The notes: generated from the sequence alone by a model not told the origin. A stretch of DNA of 32,000 nucleotides from Candidatus Babelota bacterium (GCA_013286795.1 JABDFA010000011.1:6341-38340); one strand, 5' to 3'. Numbered from the stretch's first letter, positions 1-9,085 are shown. Numbers and translations: made by a program.

Positions 1-20
1 TTCCCTTGGGGTCTGGATTG

Positions 21-45
21 TTAAGGGCCGGACAAGGGCCCTTAA
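21..45. terminator. GC-rich hairpin 3' of the NUDIX gene (possible terminator, direction unclear)
   Basis: 9-bp perfect stem ttaagggcc (21-29) / ggcccttaa (37-45) with a 7-nt loop. It stands out in AT-rich sequence. There is no strong T-run on either side. Confidence 0.3.
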
Positions 46-74
46 TAAAGCTTTAGCTTTGTATTCTTTAATTA

Positions 75-620
75 TTAATAGCTATTTTCAAGCCATTTAT
101 TGAACATACGGACAACAGACAGACTATATGTAGGAAGTTGATTTTTTTCTTTGCCAATCCATCTCAATTCTTTAGATTCACTATTTCTAACTATATCCTC
201 ATCACTATTAACACCCAGCAAAAACCTTACGTCATAATGATAATGACCAGCTTCTTTGCTATTTGCAGGAATAAAGTGAATATCTATATCAAAAATTTCG
301 TTATTTATTGGGTAAATATTTTGTATTCCAGACTCTTCCTGAGCTTCTTTAACAGCAACCTCTAAAGGATCAGGATTGCCATCACAATGGCCACCTAGCT
401 GCACCCACATATCAAGTTTTGTATGATGCATAAGTAGTGCTTTAGTTTTATCCTTACTTAAAAGCCAGCATGAAGCTGTTATGTGCCCTATAGCTAAAGA
501 TCTTTCAAAACAGTTCTCATATTTTTTTATAAAATTGATTATATCTCTCTTTGCTTCTATTTCTTCAGAATTTACAGGAAAATAGTTCTCCAACAGAGAA
601 ATTAACATATTTCTTTTCAT
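75..620 (-). CDS. NUDIX family hydrolase
   Basis: 181-aa ORF. The Nudix-box-like GGHCDGNPDPLEVAVKEAQEESGI aligns residue for residue with the MutT box GGKIEMGETPEQAVVRELQEEVGI as I recall it (core KEAQEESGI). The ATG at 620 is preceded by an AGGTGA-like RBS. Confidence 0.8.
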   Translation of the reverse strand: MKRNMLISLLENYFPVNSEEIEAKRDIINFIKKYENCFERSLAIGHITASCWLLSKDKTKALLMHHTKLDMWVQLGGHCDGNPDPLEVAVKEAQEESGIQNIYPINNEIFDIDIHFIPANSKEAGHYHYDVRFLLGVNSDEDIVRNSESKELRWIGKEKNQLPTYSLSVVRMFNKWLENSY

Positions 621-671
621 TACATCACCTAAAAATTTAAAATATTTTAATATATTAATTATCTCATATAC

Positions 672-705
672 AAAAAAAAAGCGCCCGATTTTTACATCGA
701 ACGCT
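672..705 (-). terminator. Rho-independent terminator of the 733..1866 gene
   Basis: On the minus strand: AGCGUUCGAU (705-696), loop GUAAAA, AUCGGGCGCU (689-680). This is a 10-bp stem with two G-U pairs, followed by a run of 8 U. It closely resembles the terminator at 25293-25328. Confidence 0.7.
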
Positions 706-732
706 CTTTTAAAAATATTAATGTAAGTTACT

Positions 733-1866
733 TTACCAAGTAAAACCTACTAGTTGATCACGCAATTGTTCAACTGCTTCTCTTTGTGCTAAATCAGACA
801 TATCTGAAGCTACATTGCCTAATTGAGAAAGAGCTTCAGCATTATTTACTCTTGAGATTATATCTAATTCTCTAGGAGTTAAATCTTCTGAAAAACGTAC
901 TTGAGATAAAGCGTAAGCTTCATCAGCTCTAGAAACTATCCCGTGTTCTATGTCAGTTATACCTACAGGAGAAAAAGATGTATCATTTACAGGCTTAATT
1001 GGGTTTATTCTTCTATATAATTTAGAACCAGCTGTACCAACTTTTTCTAAAGCATTTTTAGATGAATTACTTACTACTTGTGCAGCATTTGCAAGCTTAG
1101 ATGTTGCTGCATTTTTTAAATTACTCAATGCAGAGCTTGCTCTACTAAACATAGATGGCTTTACAGGCTGTGCTACTTGCCATTCAGTATTTCTTGTTAC
1201 AGGAACAATTGAACCATCGAAAGATATAGGGTTTTCTCTTACAAATTCACCTAATTCTGACATTGATTCGCCAAGATTAACTGCTTGGTTATAGTTATTT
1301 TCAATTGCAGCTACTTTGCCAAAATTGCCCCATTGAGCTCTACGGCTGTACATACGATCGTTAATCGCTGTACCAAGACCTTTAACAAAAGCAGTAGCTT
1401 TGCTTAAATCTTGCTTGTGCAATTCAGCTAATTTCTTACCAAATGTTTTAAAATATTCACGAGTTGCAACTGATTTAAGAGATTCAGGCTTTGTAAAAGC
1501 TTGATATGCTTTAAAAGCTTCATAACCTGCTATTAAGGTAGCTGCTGTAGCTATAGCTACATTCTTTTTGGTAAAATAAGAAGGTTTTAGGCTATTTCTA
1601 AGTTGAAGAACATCAACCCCTAAATCTTTATTAAGTTGAGCAAAAATCAATTCTTGAGCACCAAGATCTGTCACGCCTTCAACTTCTTTTATCATTGCAT
1701 CAAGCTTAGCTATCAATTCTTGCTTATTCTTACCGCCATTTTTATAAGCATTATATGAAGCAATAAGCTCTTGTCTAAATTGCTCTCTTGTCATTGCCAT
1801 CATACTAACTGATGACTGCAAAGCCAAGACAAAGATAAGCGAGTTAAGTAAGTTTAGCTTTTTCAT
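733..1866 (-). CDS. Secreted hypothetical protein, paralogous N-terminal domain to the 2089..3966 product
   Basis: The ORF track gives 733..1893. I prefer the ATG at 1866 (MKKLNLL...) because GGAGG lies 5 nt upstream (cctcc at 1872-1876 on the + strand). It has a Sec-type leader MKKLNLLNSLIFVLALQSSVS and one internal hydrophobic segment. No known domain was recognised. Confidence 0.7.
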   Translation of the reverse strand: MKKLNLLNSLIFVLALQSSVSMMAMTREQFRQELIASYNAYKNGGKNKQELIAKLDAMIKEVEGVTDLGAQELIFAQLNKDLGVDVLQLRNSLKPSYFTKKNVAIATAATLIAGYEAFKAYQAFTKPESLKSVATREYFKTFGKKLAELHKQDLSKATAFVKGLGTAINDRMYSRRAQWGNFGKVAAIENNYNQAVNLGESMSELGEFVRENPISFDGSIVPVTRNTEWQVAQPVKPSMFSRASSALSNLKNAATSKLANAAQVVSNSSKNALEKVGTAGSKLYRRINPIKPVNDTSFSPVGITDIEHGIVSRADEAYALSQVRFSEDLTPRELDIISRVNNAEALSQLGNVASDMSDLAQREAVEQLRDQLVGFTW

Positions 1867-1938
1867 TAAAGCCTCCGTGTGTAAAAAATTCACTTTTACT
1901 ATTACGCACTTCCTTACTAGCCCTCACCATTCTCTTCA

Positions 1939-1966
1939 ACTATATCAAGTAAGAAATTTATGACAA
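1939..1966 (-). promoter_or_regulatory. Candidate sigma-70 promoter of the 733..1866 gene
   Basis: Minus strand: TTGTCA (1966-1961), 16-nt spacer, TATAGT (1944-1939). The same architecture and flanks (GGGG..CTTGTMATAAATTT ... TATAGTWGAAG) occur upstream of the neighbouring paralog. Confidence 0.45.
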
Positions 1967-2047
1967 GTACCCCTATCCCTATTTAAATTCCTACTGATAT
2001 TAAGTTTTTTAAAATATCTTGAATATTTCACGTTGAAATTATTGAAA

Positions 2048-2079
2048 TTTACAGGCGCCTGTCAGAAGACGCCTGTAAA
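2048..2079 (-). terminator. Hairpin terminator of the 2089..3966 gene
   Basis: 10-bp perfect stem tttacaggcg (2048-2057) / cgcctgtaaa (2070-2079) with a 12-nt loop, 10 nt past the stop codon. On the minus strand it is followed by U-rich UUUCAAUAAUUU. Confidence 0.5.
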
Positions 2080-2088
2080 TTAATTAAA

Positions 2089-3966
2089 TTATGCACCAAA
2101 AGTTGAAGATGAATTTTCATCTTGAACTTGAGTGGTTGTTTCTTGAGATTGAGCAGCTGGAGTTGCAGGTTGTTCTTGAACAACTGGAGCAGCTACACTA
2201 GCTGAACTAGTTGAACTTGAAGATACAACTTTATTGTCTTGCGCTAATGTTTCCATACCCTTTTCTACATAATCTTGTAGAGAAAATGGTAAAAAGCTAG
2301 CTATAGACATATCGTTAGTTGATTCTTCTTGCTTTTTAGCTTCTGCTTGAACTGCAACTGGTTGTTCTTGAGCAGGTGCTTGAACAACTGGAACTTCAGC
2401 AGCAACTGCCGCTGCTACTTGAACTGCAGGTTCTTCTTTGATAACTGGAGTTGCAACTGGGGCAGCTACACTTGATGAACTAGAAGAACTTGAGCTAGAA
2501 GAAACATTACCAGCAAAGAAGCTGTTAACTCTTTCTGTAGCTACTTTATCTTCTTGTTCTTTTGTATCTACTTTAACAACAACTGGTTCTTGAGTAACAG
2601 GTTTTGCAGCTTCAACAGAAGCAGGACCAAAAACCTTGTTTCTCATTCTTCTCAAGAATGACAGATTATTCGATTTATCTTGAGCTACCACTTCTTCTTG
2701 TTTTTTTGTATCTACTACTGGAGCTGCAGCTGGTTGTTCTTGAGAAGCAGGTTTTGTAGTATCAAATCCACCAGAAATTTCTATTTCTGAAGGTTTTTGA
2801 TCCTGCTTTGACAATCTTGCTTCTGTAGCACGTGCTAATTGTTCACGTTTAGCAGCAGCTTCTTGTCTATCTTTTTCTTCAGCTTCTCTTGCAACAGCTT
2901 CTTGGTGTTCTCTACGAGCTTTTTCTCTTGCTTTTTGCTCAGCATCTATTTGAGCAGCTTTTTCTCTAGCTTTTTGATCAGCAAGAGCTTTTGCTTCTTC
3001 TTTAGCTTTTTGCTCAACTGCAAATCTTGCTTTTTCTTGATTTTGACGACTTAATTCATCGTTAGCTACCCTTACAGCTTCATGTCTAGCTTTTTCTTCT
3101 TGTTCACTAGTCAATCTTACAGATAAAGCAATAGCTTCTGCTTCAGTTTTAGCATTTTCTTGTGCAACAAGTCTTGCTTGTTCAGCTTGCTCATTTCTTT
3201 CTTTTTCTTCTTGAGCTTGACGTTGAAGTTCAGCCTGGGCAGCAGCTAAGTTTACAGCTTTTGCCATTTGGGCCATAAGATCTGTATTATTTAGATCTTC
3301 AGCCTTTTCTTTGCCTTCTTTATCTTCTTTGTCTTCACCATCTTGCTTTTTGTCAGCATCAGGTTTAACATCTTGTAAAGATGCAGCATAAGCTTTAGAT
3401 TCAGCTAAAGCAACTAAAACATCAAAATCATCTTGATTTGCTTGAACTTTATCTTCTTGAGCTTGTTGAGCTTGCGCAACAGCTTGATCTTTAGGCAATG
3501 CATTCAATTCTTCTATGAAAGAATCTTTTTGAGCCCTAAAAACACCAAAGTTTATGCCTCGTTTAGCAAATATAGAATCAACAGCCGGGTTTAATCTACC
3601 TGTTTCATCTATAAAAGGACCTACAAGGTTCAAAACTTCATCCATTACTGGAACTATTTCAAAGATAAACTGTTCTCTAGACATATTATCAACGTTCGTG
3701 CTTATATTCACAAATATATCTAACAAGTCAGAAATTTTATCACTTGGAGCTTCAGCTACTGGGACTACCGGAGCTGCAACAGCTCTTACAGGAGCAACAG
3801 GCTTTGCAGCTGGTTTTGCAGCTGGAGCCGGAGCTACGATTCTGTGAGGTGCCTTCTTTTTCATTCCACAAGCGCCGCCCTTACAAGGTCTAGGTCTATA
3901 CATTGACATAACCAATGAAGATTGTGCCAATGCAAGAACCATTAATTTAACTATTAGCTTTTTCAT
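2089..3966 (-). CDS. Secreted low-complexity / coiled-coil protein (Ala-Pro-Val-rich, K/E/A/Q-rich, poly-Ser)
   Basis: 625-aa ORF with a GGGAGG RBS just upstream of the ATG at 3966 and leader MKKLIVKLMVLALAQSSLVMS. It contains an AP-rich spacer, a long KEAQ-rich helical region, Ser runs, and repeated Sn-VAAPV...QEQP modules. No enzymatic motif was seen. Confidence 0.7.
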   Translation of the reverse strand: MKKLIVKLMVLALAQSSLVMSMYRPRPCKGGACGMKKKAPHRIVAPAPAAKPAAKPVAPVRAVAAPVVPVAEAPSDKISDLLDIFVNISTNVDNMSREQFIFEIVPVMDEVLNLVGPFIDETGRLNPAVDSIFAKRGINFGVFRAQKDSFIEELNALPKDQAVAQAQQAQEDKVQANQDDFDVLVALAESKAYAASLQDVKPDADKKQDGEDKEDKEGKEKAEDLNNTDLMAQMAKAVNLAAAQAELQRQAQEEKERNEQAEQARLVAQENAKTEAEAIALSVRLTSEQEEKARHEAVRVANDELSRQNQEKARFAVEQKAKEEAKALADQKAREKAAQIDAEQKAREKARREHQEAVAREAEEKDRQEAAAKREQLARATEARLSKQDQKPSEIEISGGFDTTKPASQEQPAAAPVVDTKKQEEVVAQDKSNNLSFLRRMRNKVFGPASVEAAKPVTQEPVVVKVDTKEQEDKVATERVNSFFAGNVSSSSSSSSSSSVAAPVATPVIKEEPAVQVAAAVAAEVPVVQAPAQEQPVAVQAEAKKQEESTNDMSIASFLPFSLQDYVEKGMETLAQDNKVVSSSSTSSASVAAPVVQEQPATPAAQSQETTTQVQDENSSSTFGA

Positions 3967-4035
3967 TTAAAGCCTCCCTATAATTTAGTACATTCAAATG
4001 GGATTTTCCCTATGAAAATCCACCATTTAACTTCT

Positions 4036-4063
4036 ACTATACCATATAAAAAATTTATTACAA
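4036..4063 (-). promoter_or_regulatory. Candidate sigma-70 promoter of the 2089..3966 gene
   Basis: Minus strand: TTGTAA (4063-4058), 16-nt spacer, TATAGT (4041-4036). It is paralogous to the promoter candidate at 1939-1966. Confidence 0.4.
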
Positions 4064-4096
4064 GCCCCTATTTTCTACCTGAAAAATAAACTTTAT

Positions 4097-6199
4097 TTAA
4101 TCGACAAAACCTAGGCTTTTAAAATATGCTTCTTGATTAGGTTTTCTAGATAAGAAATCAACTAAAATTTGGTTAGGATCCTTGCTGCCCCCTAGACCAA
4201 TTACCTGATTTATATATTTTTGGCCAATTTCCGGGTTCAAAAGACCTTTTTTGTTTATTTCACTGAAAAGATCCTTTGCAAAAACATTTGACCACAAATA
4301 ACCATAATAAGATGGCCCATAATCAGTCAAATGACCAAATGAAGCCTGCATGTGATTGTTATCGGACCAAGATACATGATCTATAATTTCTTTATGAAGA
4401 TCTTTGGCAATCCTTTGAGTGTCTTTATAGGCCCCATTAGCAAAAAAGGCCAAAGATAAACGGGAAAAAAAGATTTGTCTTAAAACAGAGTCACCTGAAT
4501 CAAATTGTTCGGTTTTAATTATAGTATCTATAATATTTTCAGGTAAAGGCTGACCAGTTAAATAATGCTTACTAACTTTCTGTAATATTTCTTTATCTTT
4601 TAACCAATTTTCTAACATTTGTGATGGCATTTCGACAAAATCCCTTTTAACTGTTGTTCCAGAAAATGAACTAAGCTCTGTAGAACCAAGAATTGCATGT
4701 AAGGCATGACCAAATTCATGAAAAAATGTTTCTACATCATTAAACTTCAAAAGAGCAGGACAATTTTGTGTTGCCTTAGGAAAGTTGGCCATAACAACTG
4801 ATACAGATGGACAAATATATTTCTTTGAATCTTTATAATAGAATGTTGCAGGAACAATTGTCATATGAGCCGCGTGACTAAATTTATTTGGCCTAGGGTA
4901 TAGATCTAACAATAAATAGCCTAATAAAACATCACAATTATTATAAACTTCTATTAATTTAACATCTTCATGCCAAAATTTGCCTCTTAAACTAACTTCT
5001 TTAAACTTAATACTTAAGAATTGCTGATAAATATCAAGTAATTGAGCTATTGTATTTTCCATAGGAAAATATTTGGCTACTTCTTGCGCATCTAAATTCA
5101 AATATTTTTTCTTATAATATTCTTTTAAAAATCTAGAATCCCATGGTTTTAGTTTACCTGATTCAAGTTTTACAGATTCAGGTAGATCAGCCATAAACTT
5201 TTTTACTTCTTTTTTAGCTTTATTTGTAGCTTTTTCCAGAAGAGAAGATAAAAAGGTATAAACATTTTCTGGCGTTTTTGCCATTTGGCTATCGATAACC
5301 ATACTATTATAGTTCTTAAAGCCTATCAATTTTGCAAGCTCATCTCGTTTTTTTATAATCTTTTCTAGAACTTCAATATTTTCAGGATAAGCTCTATTAT
5401 GAAAAGCTATATACATATTCTTTCTTGTGCTTTCAACCTTGCAATTATCTATTACTGCAAAATATGTTGGATAATCACATCCTAAGACAAACTTATCACC
5501 CTCTTTTTGTAAAGCATTAATAAAATCTTCCTGAAGACCCGCTAATTCTTGCTTAGTTACCAAAATCTTACATTTGCTTTGAGCTATATTTGCTTCAAAC
5601 GCTAAAGACAATGCTGCCAACTCTTTTATTAACTCTTTAACTTGTTTTAATTTATCTTCAGGCAAATCTAGACCACTTCTTTTGAAGTCATCCATAGTTT
5701 CTTTAATAAAATATAATTTAATCTCATCTAAATCTTCACCAGCTCCATTTTTTTGTGCATACGCTTTAAATGCTTTATAAAGCTCAATATTATTTGAAAC
5801 ATGATCAACCATAAAATTACTTAGTTTTAATATAGTCTCATGCGCTTTTTCTCTTAAATTTTGATCTGGACTTAAAACTTCTAATGCATAAATTGCAGAA
5901 TATACAGGTGTATAATAACTTCCTATTTTATCTAAAGCCAAAGCTGTATTTTCAAAAGTACGCTTATTATCAGGAATATTTATAATCTTTTTAACTTCAG
6001 CTTCAATAATTTTCATGCACTCATTTGCATAATCTTCTATTTGATTTGGAGATTTAGGAAAAAGCTTAACTACATCTGATAATGTTGATATTTTACACAT
6101 ATGATATCCCTTAATTTTGTTTATATATACCCAAACCAACCCTACTAAAAGTAAGATAAAAATTATAAATTTTTTGTTCACTTTATACCTAAAATTCAA
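4097..6199 (-). CDS. M3 family zinc metallopeptidase (oligopeptidase A / thimet oligopeptidase / Dcp-like)
   Basis: HEXXH motif FHEFGHALH lies in the C-terminal third, and the length is typical of M3A. The ORF start at 6199 is a TTG without an RBS and adds a hydrophobic N-terminal segment. The ATG at 6100 (MCKISTL..., AAGGGA 6 nt upstream) is a plausible alternative start. Confidence 0.88.
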   Translation of the reverse strand: MNFRYKVNKKFIIFILLLVGLVWVYINKIKGYHMCKISTLSDVVKLFPKSPNQIEDYANECMKIIEAEVKKIINIPDNKRTFENTALALDKIGSYYTPVYSAIYALEVLSPDQNLREKAHETILKLSNFMVDHVSNNIELYKAFKAYAQKNGAGEDLDEIKLYFIKETMDDFKRSGLDLPEDKLKQVKELIKELAALSLAFEANIAQSKCKILVTKQELAGLQEDFINALQKEGDKFVLGCDYPTYFAVIDNCKVESTRKNMYIAFHNRAYPENIEVLEKIIKKRDELAKLIGFKNYNSMVIDSQMAKTPENVYTFLSSLLEKATNKAKKEVKKFMADLPESVKLESGKLKPWDSRFLKEYYKKKYLNLDAQEVAKYFPMENTIAQLLDIYQQFLSIKFKEVSLRGKFWHEDVKLIEVYNNCDVLLGYLLLDLYPRPNKFSHAAHMTIVPATFYYKDSKKYICPSVSVVMANFPKATQNCPALLKFNDVETFFHEFGHALHAILGSTELSSFSGTTVKRDFVEMPSQMLENWLKDKEILQKVSKHYLTGQPLPENIIDTIIKTEQFDSGDSVLRQIFFSRLSLAFFANGAYKDTQRIAKDLHKEIIDHVSWSDNNHMQASFGHLTDYGPSYYGYLWSNVFAKDLFSEINKKGLLNPEIGQKYINQVIGLGGSKDPNQILVDFLSRKPNQEAYFKSLGFVD

Positions 6200-6280
6200 G
6201 AATTAACGTAATAATTACTTGAATTCAGCATAATCCAGGTTAAATTATTATCAATAAATTTTATAGTTTATACTAAAATA

Positions 6281-6444
6281 TGCTCGTATGGTTCGACGGG
6301 CTCACCACGAGCGCGAGGAAAATTCTCTGGATCCGCTCGTCCCGATGCTTCGACAAGCTCAGCATGACTGGAGTTTTTATTACTATCCCCGGCCATCCTG
6401 AATGTAGCGCGTAGCGCGAAATCGAAGGACGAGGGATACGAGCA
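6281..6444. repeat. GC-rich modular palindromic repeat, locus R1
   Basis: Bounded by 9-bp inverted termini tgctcgtat (6281-6289) / atacgagca (6436-6444). It contains module E tcaccacgagcgcgagg (6302-6318) and module D gatgcttcgacaagctcagcatga (6344-6367, identical 24/24 to 14793-14816). It also contains module C ggccatcctga...cgaaatcgaaggac (6391-6430). It is much more GC-rich than its surroundings. Confidence 0.85.
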
Positions 6445-6465
6445 CTTATTAATATAATCTTCTAG

Positions 6466-7134
6466 CTAAAGAATCACACAACATCTTTTTTTTATTTTAT
6501 GATTTTCACGATTTATAGTAAAAGTTCGAACCGGTAAACTCTCTACATATTCTATTTTTTCTAACATGTCAGTTGATAATGGCACGTTACTTCTTATAGT
6601 TCTTATCATATCTTTCATCAAGTCACCTACTTCATTAAATGCAGCTATTCTTTCTACATCATATTTATTTTTAATTTTTTTATTAATATCTGCACCGGAT
6701 TCTAATAATAATCTAACTACAGCAAATCTATGTTGATTGACAGCTAATGCAAGAGGAAAACATCCTTTGAAAAATTTTTCATCCCATTCTGCATTAACAT
6801 CTACACCTAGAGAAATAGCTGTTTTAACCAGATCCAAATTGTTATCGAGAATTCCCTGTTCAAGAATTTTAAGTAATGCCTCTTTTTCTTCATTAGATTG
6901 GCCGATATAAGCATAAACTATTTCAGATAAATCCTGAGCAGGGCAAACATTATTTTCATCAAAAAATCCTTGAATCTTGTTTTTTGCAGAAAGCTTCTTG
7001 AATGATTCGACAACATCTTCTTGTGAATTAAGTTCGCTTTCTATTTTTTCGTCACTAAAATCATAATAATCTAGGTTCATACAATTAGTTTTGGAAAATA
7101 TCACAAGTAATGCGAATATTTTAATTATTTTCAT
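6466..7134 (-). CDS. Secreted ankyrin-repeat protein with C-terminal polybasic CaaX box (CVIL)
   Basis: Leader MKIIKIFALLVIFSKTNC. Ankyrin consensus appears in GCFPLALAVNQHRFAVVRLLLESGADINKK and the preceding repeat. The C-terminus is HKIKKRCCVIL-stop (CVIL at 6469-6480). The start overlaps the uvrB stop by 14 nt. Confidence 0.8.
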   Translation of the reverse strand: MKIIKIFALLVIFSKTNCMNLDYYDFSDEKIESELNSQEDVVESFKKLSAKNKIQGFFDENNVCPAQDLSEIVYAYIGQSNEEKEALLKILEQGILDNNLDLVKTAISLGVDVNAEWDEKFFKGCFPLALAVNQHRFAVVRLLLESGADINKKIKNKYDVERIAAFNEVGDLMKDMIRTIRSNVPLSTDMLEKIEYVESLPVRTFTINRENHKIKKRCCVIL

Positions 7135-9085
7135 TTTTATTTAAAATCTTCTGTAATTCTAAAAGTTGGCCTCGAAGCTCAATAGCCAATTCAAAATCCA
7201 TATTTTCAGCAGCGTCATACATAGCTTTTTCAATTTCAATAATTTTTTTATTCAAATCTTCAGGTGCAATTTTGGCCTTCTTTTTACCCTTAGAAGCTTG
7301 AGCAATAGCTGATTGAATATTTGATATACTTTTGACAACTTCACGTTTGACAGTTGTAGGAACAATATTATGAAGTTTATTATATTCCTGTTGCATTTGC
7401 CTACGCCTATTCGTTTCAGTTATAGCGTTTTGCATAGAGCCGGTAATTTTATCAGCATAAAAAATTACTTTTGATTCAGTATTTCTAGCAGCACGACCAA
7501 TAGTTTGAATTAAAGATCTTTTATCCCTTAAAAAGCTTTCTACATCAGCATCCATGATAGCAACCAAAGCAACTTCAGGCAAATCTAACCCTTCACGCAA
7601 TAAGTTAACTCCAACAAGACAGTCAAATACACCTAATCTTAGCTTTTGAAGTAATTCAGTTCTTTCAGGGGTTTTTATACTGCTATGTAAATAGCATACT
7701 TTAATTTTCTGTTCTTCAAGATAATAAGCTAACTCTTCAGCCATTTTTTTAGTTAAGACTGTCACAAGAGTACGAAAACCTTTTGAAGTTGTATTTTTTA
7801 TTTCACTAATTAAATCACTTATTTGATTTAATCTTGGATGTATTTCGATCAAAGGATCTACAAGTCCAGTAGGTCTAATTATTTGTTCGACTATATTAGA
7901 AGAATTTTCAAGCTCATAATCACTAGGAGTAGCCGAAACAAAAATAACGTCTTTGAAATATCTCTCTATTTCTTCAAACTTTAAAGGGCGATTATCTTGA
8001 GAAGAAGGTAACCTAAAACCAAAATCTATTAAAGATTTTTTGCGAGCCTTATCACCTGCATACATACCTCGCAATTGTGGAACAGCAATATGTGACTCAT
8101 CAATAATTAAAAGAAGATCTTCAAAAAAATCAAACAAACAAGACGGAGCTTGTCCAGGGCTACGACCATCAAAATGTATAGAGTAGTTTTCTATGCCAGA
8201 ACAATATCCTGTTTCTTTTAACATTTCAATATCATGCATAACTCTTTTTGAAAGTCTATCTTTATAAATCTCATTAGTTAGAAGAGGTAAAGTTTCATCT
8301 AATTCAGATTTAATACTCTTTATTGCAGAACCTTTTTTTGCATCTGTTGTAACAAAATGTTTTGCAGGAAAAATTAAAACATTATCCAAATTATTTAAAA
8401 CAGCATTAGTTTGTTTGTTAACCCACTGCAAGCTTTCAACTTTGTCAGCAAACAGTTCTATACGTAATCTTTCTTTTTGATATGGCAAATTTATTTCTAT
8501 AGTATTACCTAGAACTTGAAATGTTCCATGACCTTTTTCCATATCATTTCTAACATATTGAATAAATATAAGTTCCTTTAAAAGATCAGCTCTTTTAATT
8601 TCCTGCCCTACTTTTAAAGATAAAGCTAATTCTTTATAATCTTTTGGATTACCTAGAGAATATATACTAGAAACAGAAGATATAATTATAGTATCTCTTC
8701 TATTAATTAAAGAGGCTGTAGCTTCTATTCTTAGTCTTTCAATTTCACTATTAACCTTTGTTTCTTTAGGTATGTAAATATCTTGAGCCGGTAGATATGA
8801 TTCTGGTTGATAGTAATCATAATAACTTACAAAATAACAAACCTTATTCTCAGGAAAAAACAGGCTAAACTCTTCATAAAGTTGAGCTGCCAAAGTTTTG
8901 TTTGGGGATAGAATTAACACAGGCTTATTCTGATTAGATATCACATTTGCCAGAGTAAACGTCTTACCTGATCCTGTAACACCTATTAGGGTTGATTTTC
9001 CTGGTCTATGCGAAGATAAATTCTTTATCGCCTCTGGTTGACTTCCTGAAGCCTCAAAAGGCATTTTTAATTTAAATAAACTCAT
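7121..9085 (-). CDS. uvrB: Excinuclease ABC subunit B
   Basis: 654 aa with Walker A GVTGSGKTFT, DESH box IIDESHIAVPQ, helicase C motifs, and a C-terminal UVR domain (MDFELAIELRGQLLELQ). The N-terminus PFEASGSQPEAI parallels E. coli UvrB. Confidence 0.97.
   Translation of the reverse strand: MSLFKLKMPFEASGSQPEAIKNLSSHRPGKSTLIGVTGSGKTFTLANVISNQNKPVLILSPNKTLAAQLYEEFSLFFPENKVCYFVSYYDYYQPESYLPAQDIYIPKETKVNSEIERLRIEATASLINRRDTIIISSVSSIYSLGNPKDYKELALSLKVGQEIKRADLLKELIFIQYVRNDMEKGHGTFQVLGNTIEINLPYQKERLRIELFADKVESLQWVNKQTNAVLNNLDNVLIFPAKHFVTTDAKKGSAIKSIKSELDETLPLLTNEIYKDRLSKRVMHDIEMLKETGYCSGIENYSIHFDGRSPGQAPSCLFDFFEDLLLIIDESHIAVPQLRGMYAGDKARKKSLIDFGFRLPSSQDNRPLKFEEIERYFKDVIFVSATPSDYELENSSNIVEQIIRPTGLVDPLIEIHPRLNQISDLISEIKNTTSKGFRTLVTVLTKKMAEELAYYLEEQKIKVCYLHSSIKTPERTELLQKLRLGVFDCLVGVNLLREGLDLPEVALVAIMDADVESFLRDKRSLIQTIGRAARNTESKVIFYADKITGSMQNAITETNRRRQMQQEYNKLHNIVPTTVKREVVKSISNIQSAIAQASKGKKKAKIAPEDLNKKIIEIEKAMYDAAENMDFELAIELRGQLLELQKILNKNENN

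Noticed and set aside
6100-6199. N-terminal transmembrane anchor on the M3 peptidase
   Set aside because: It depends on a TTG start with no RBS. The F/I/L-rich stretch could be a chance translation of AT-rich sequence, and an ATG with an RBS lies at 6100. It is left as an open alternative rather than a claim.
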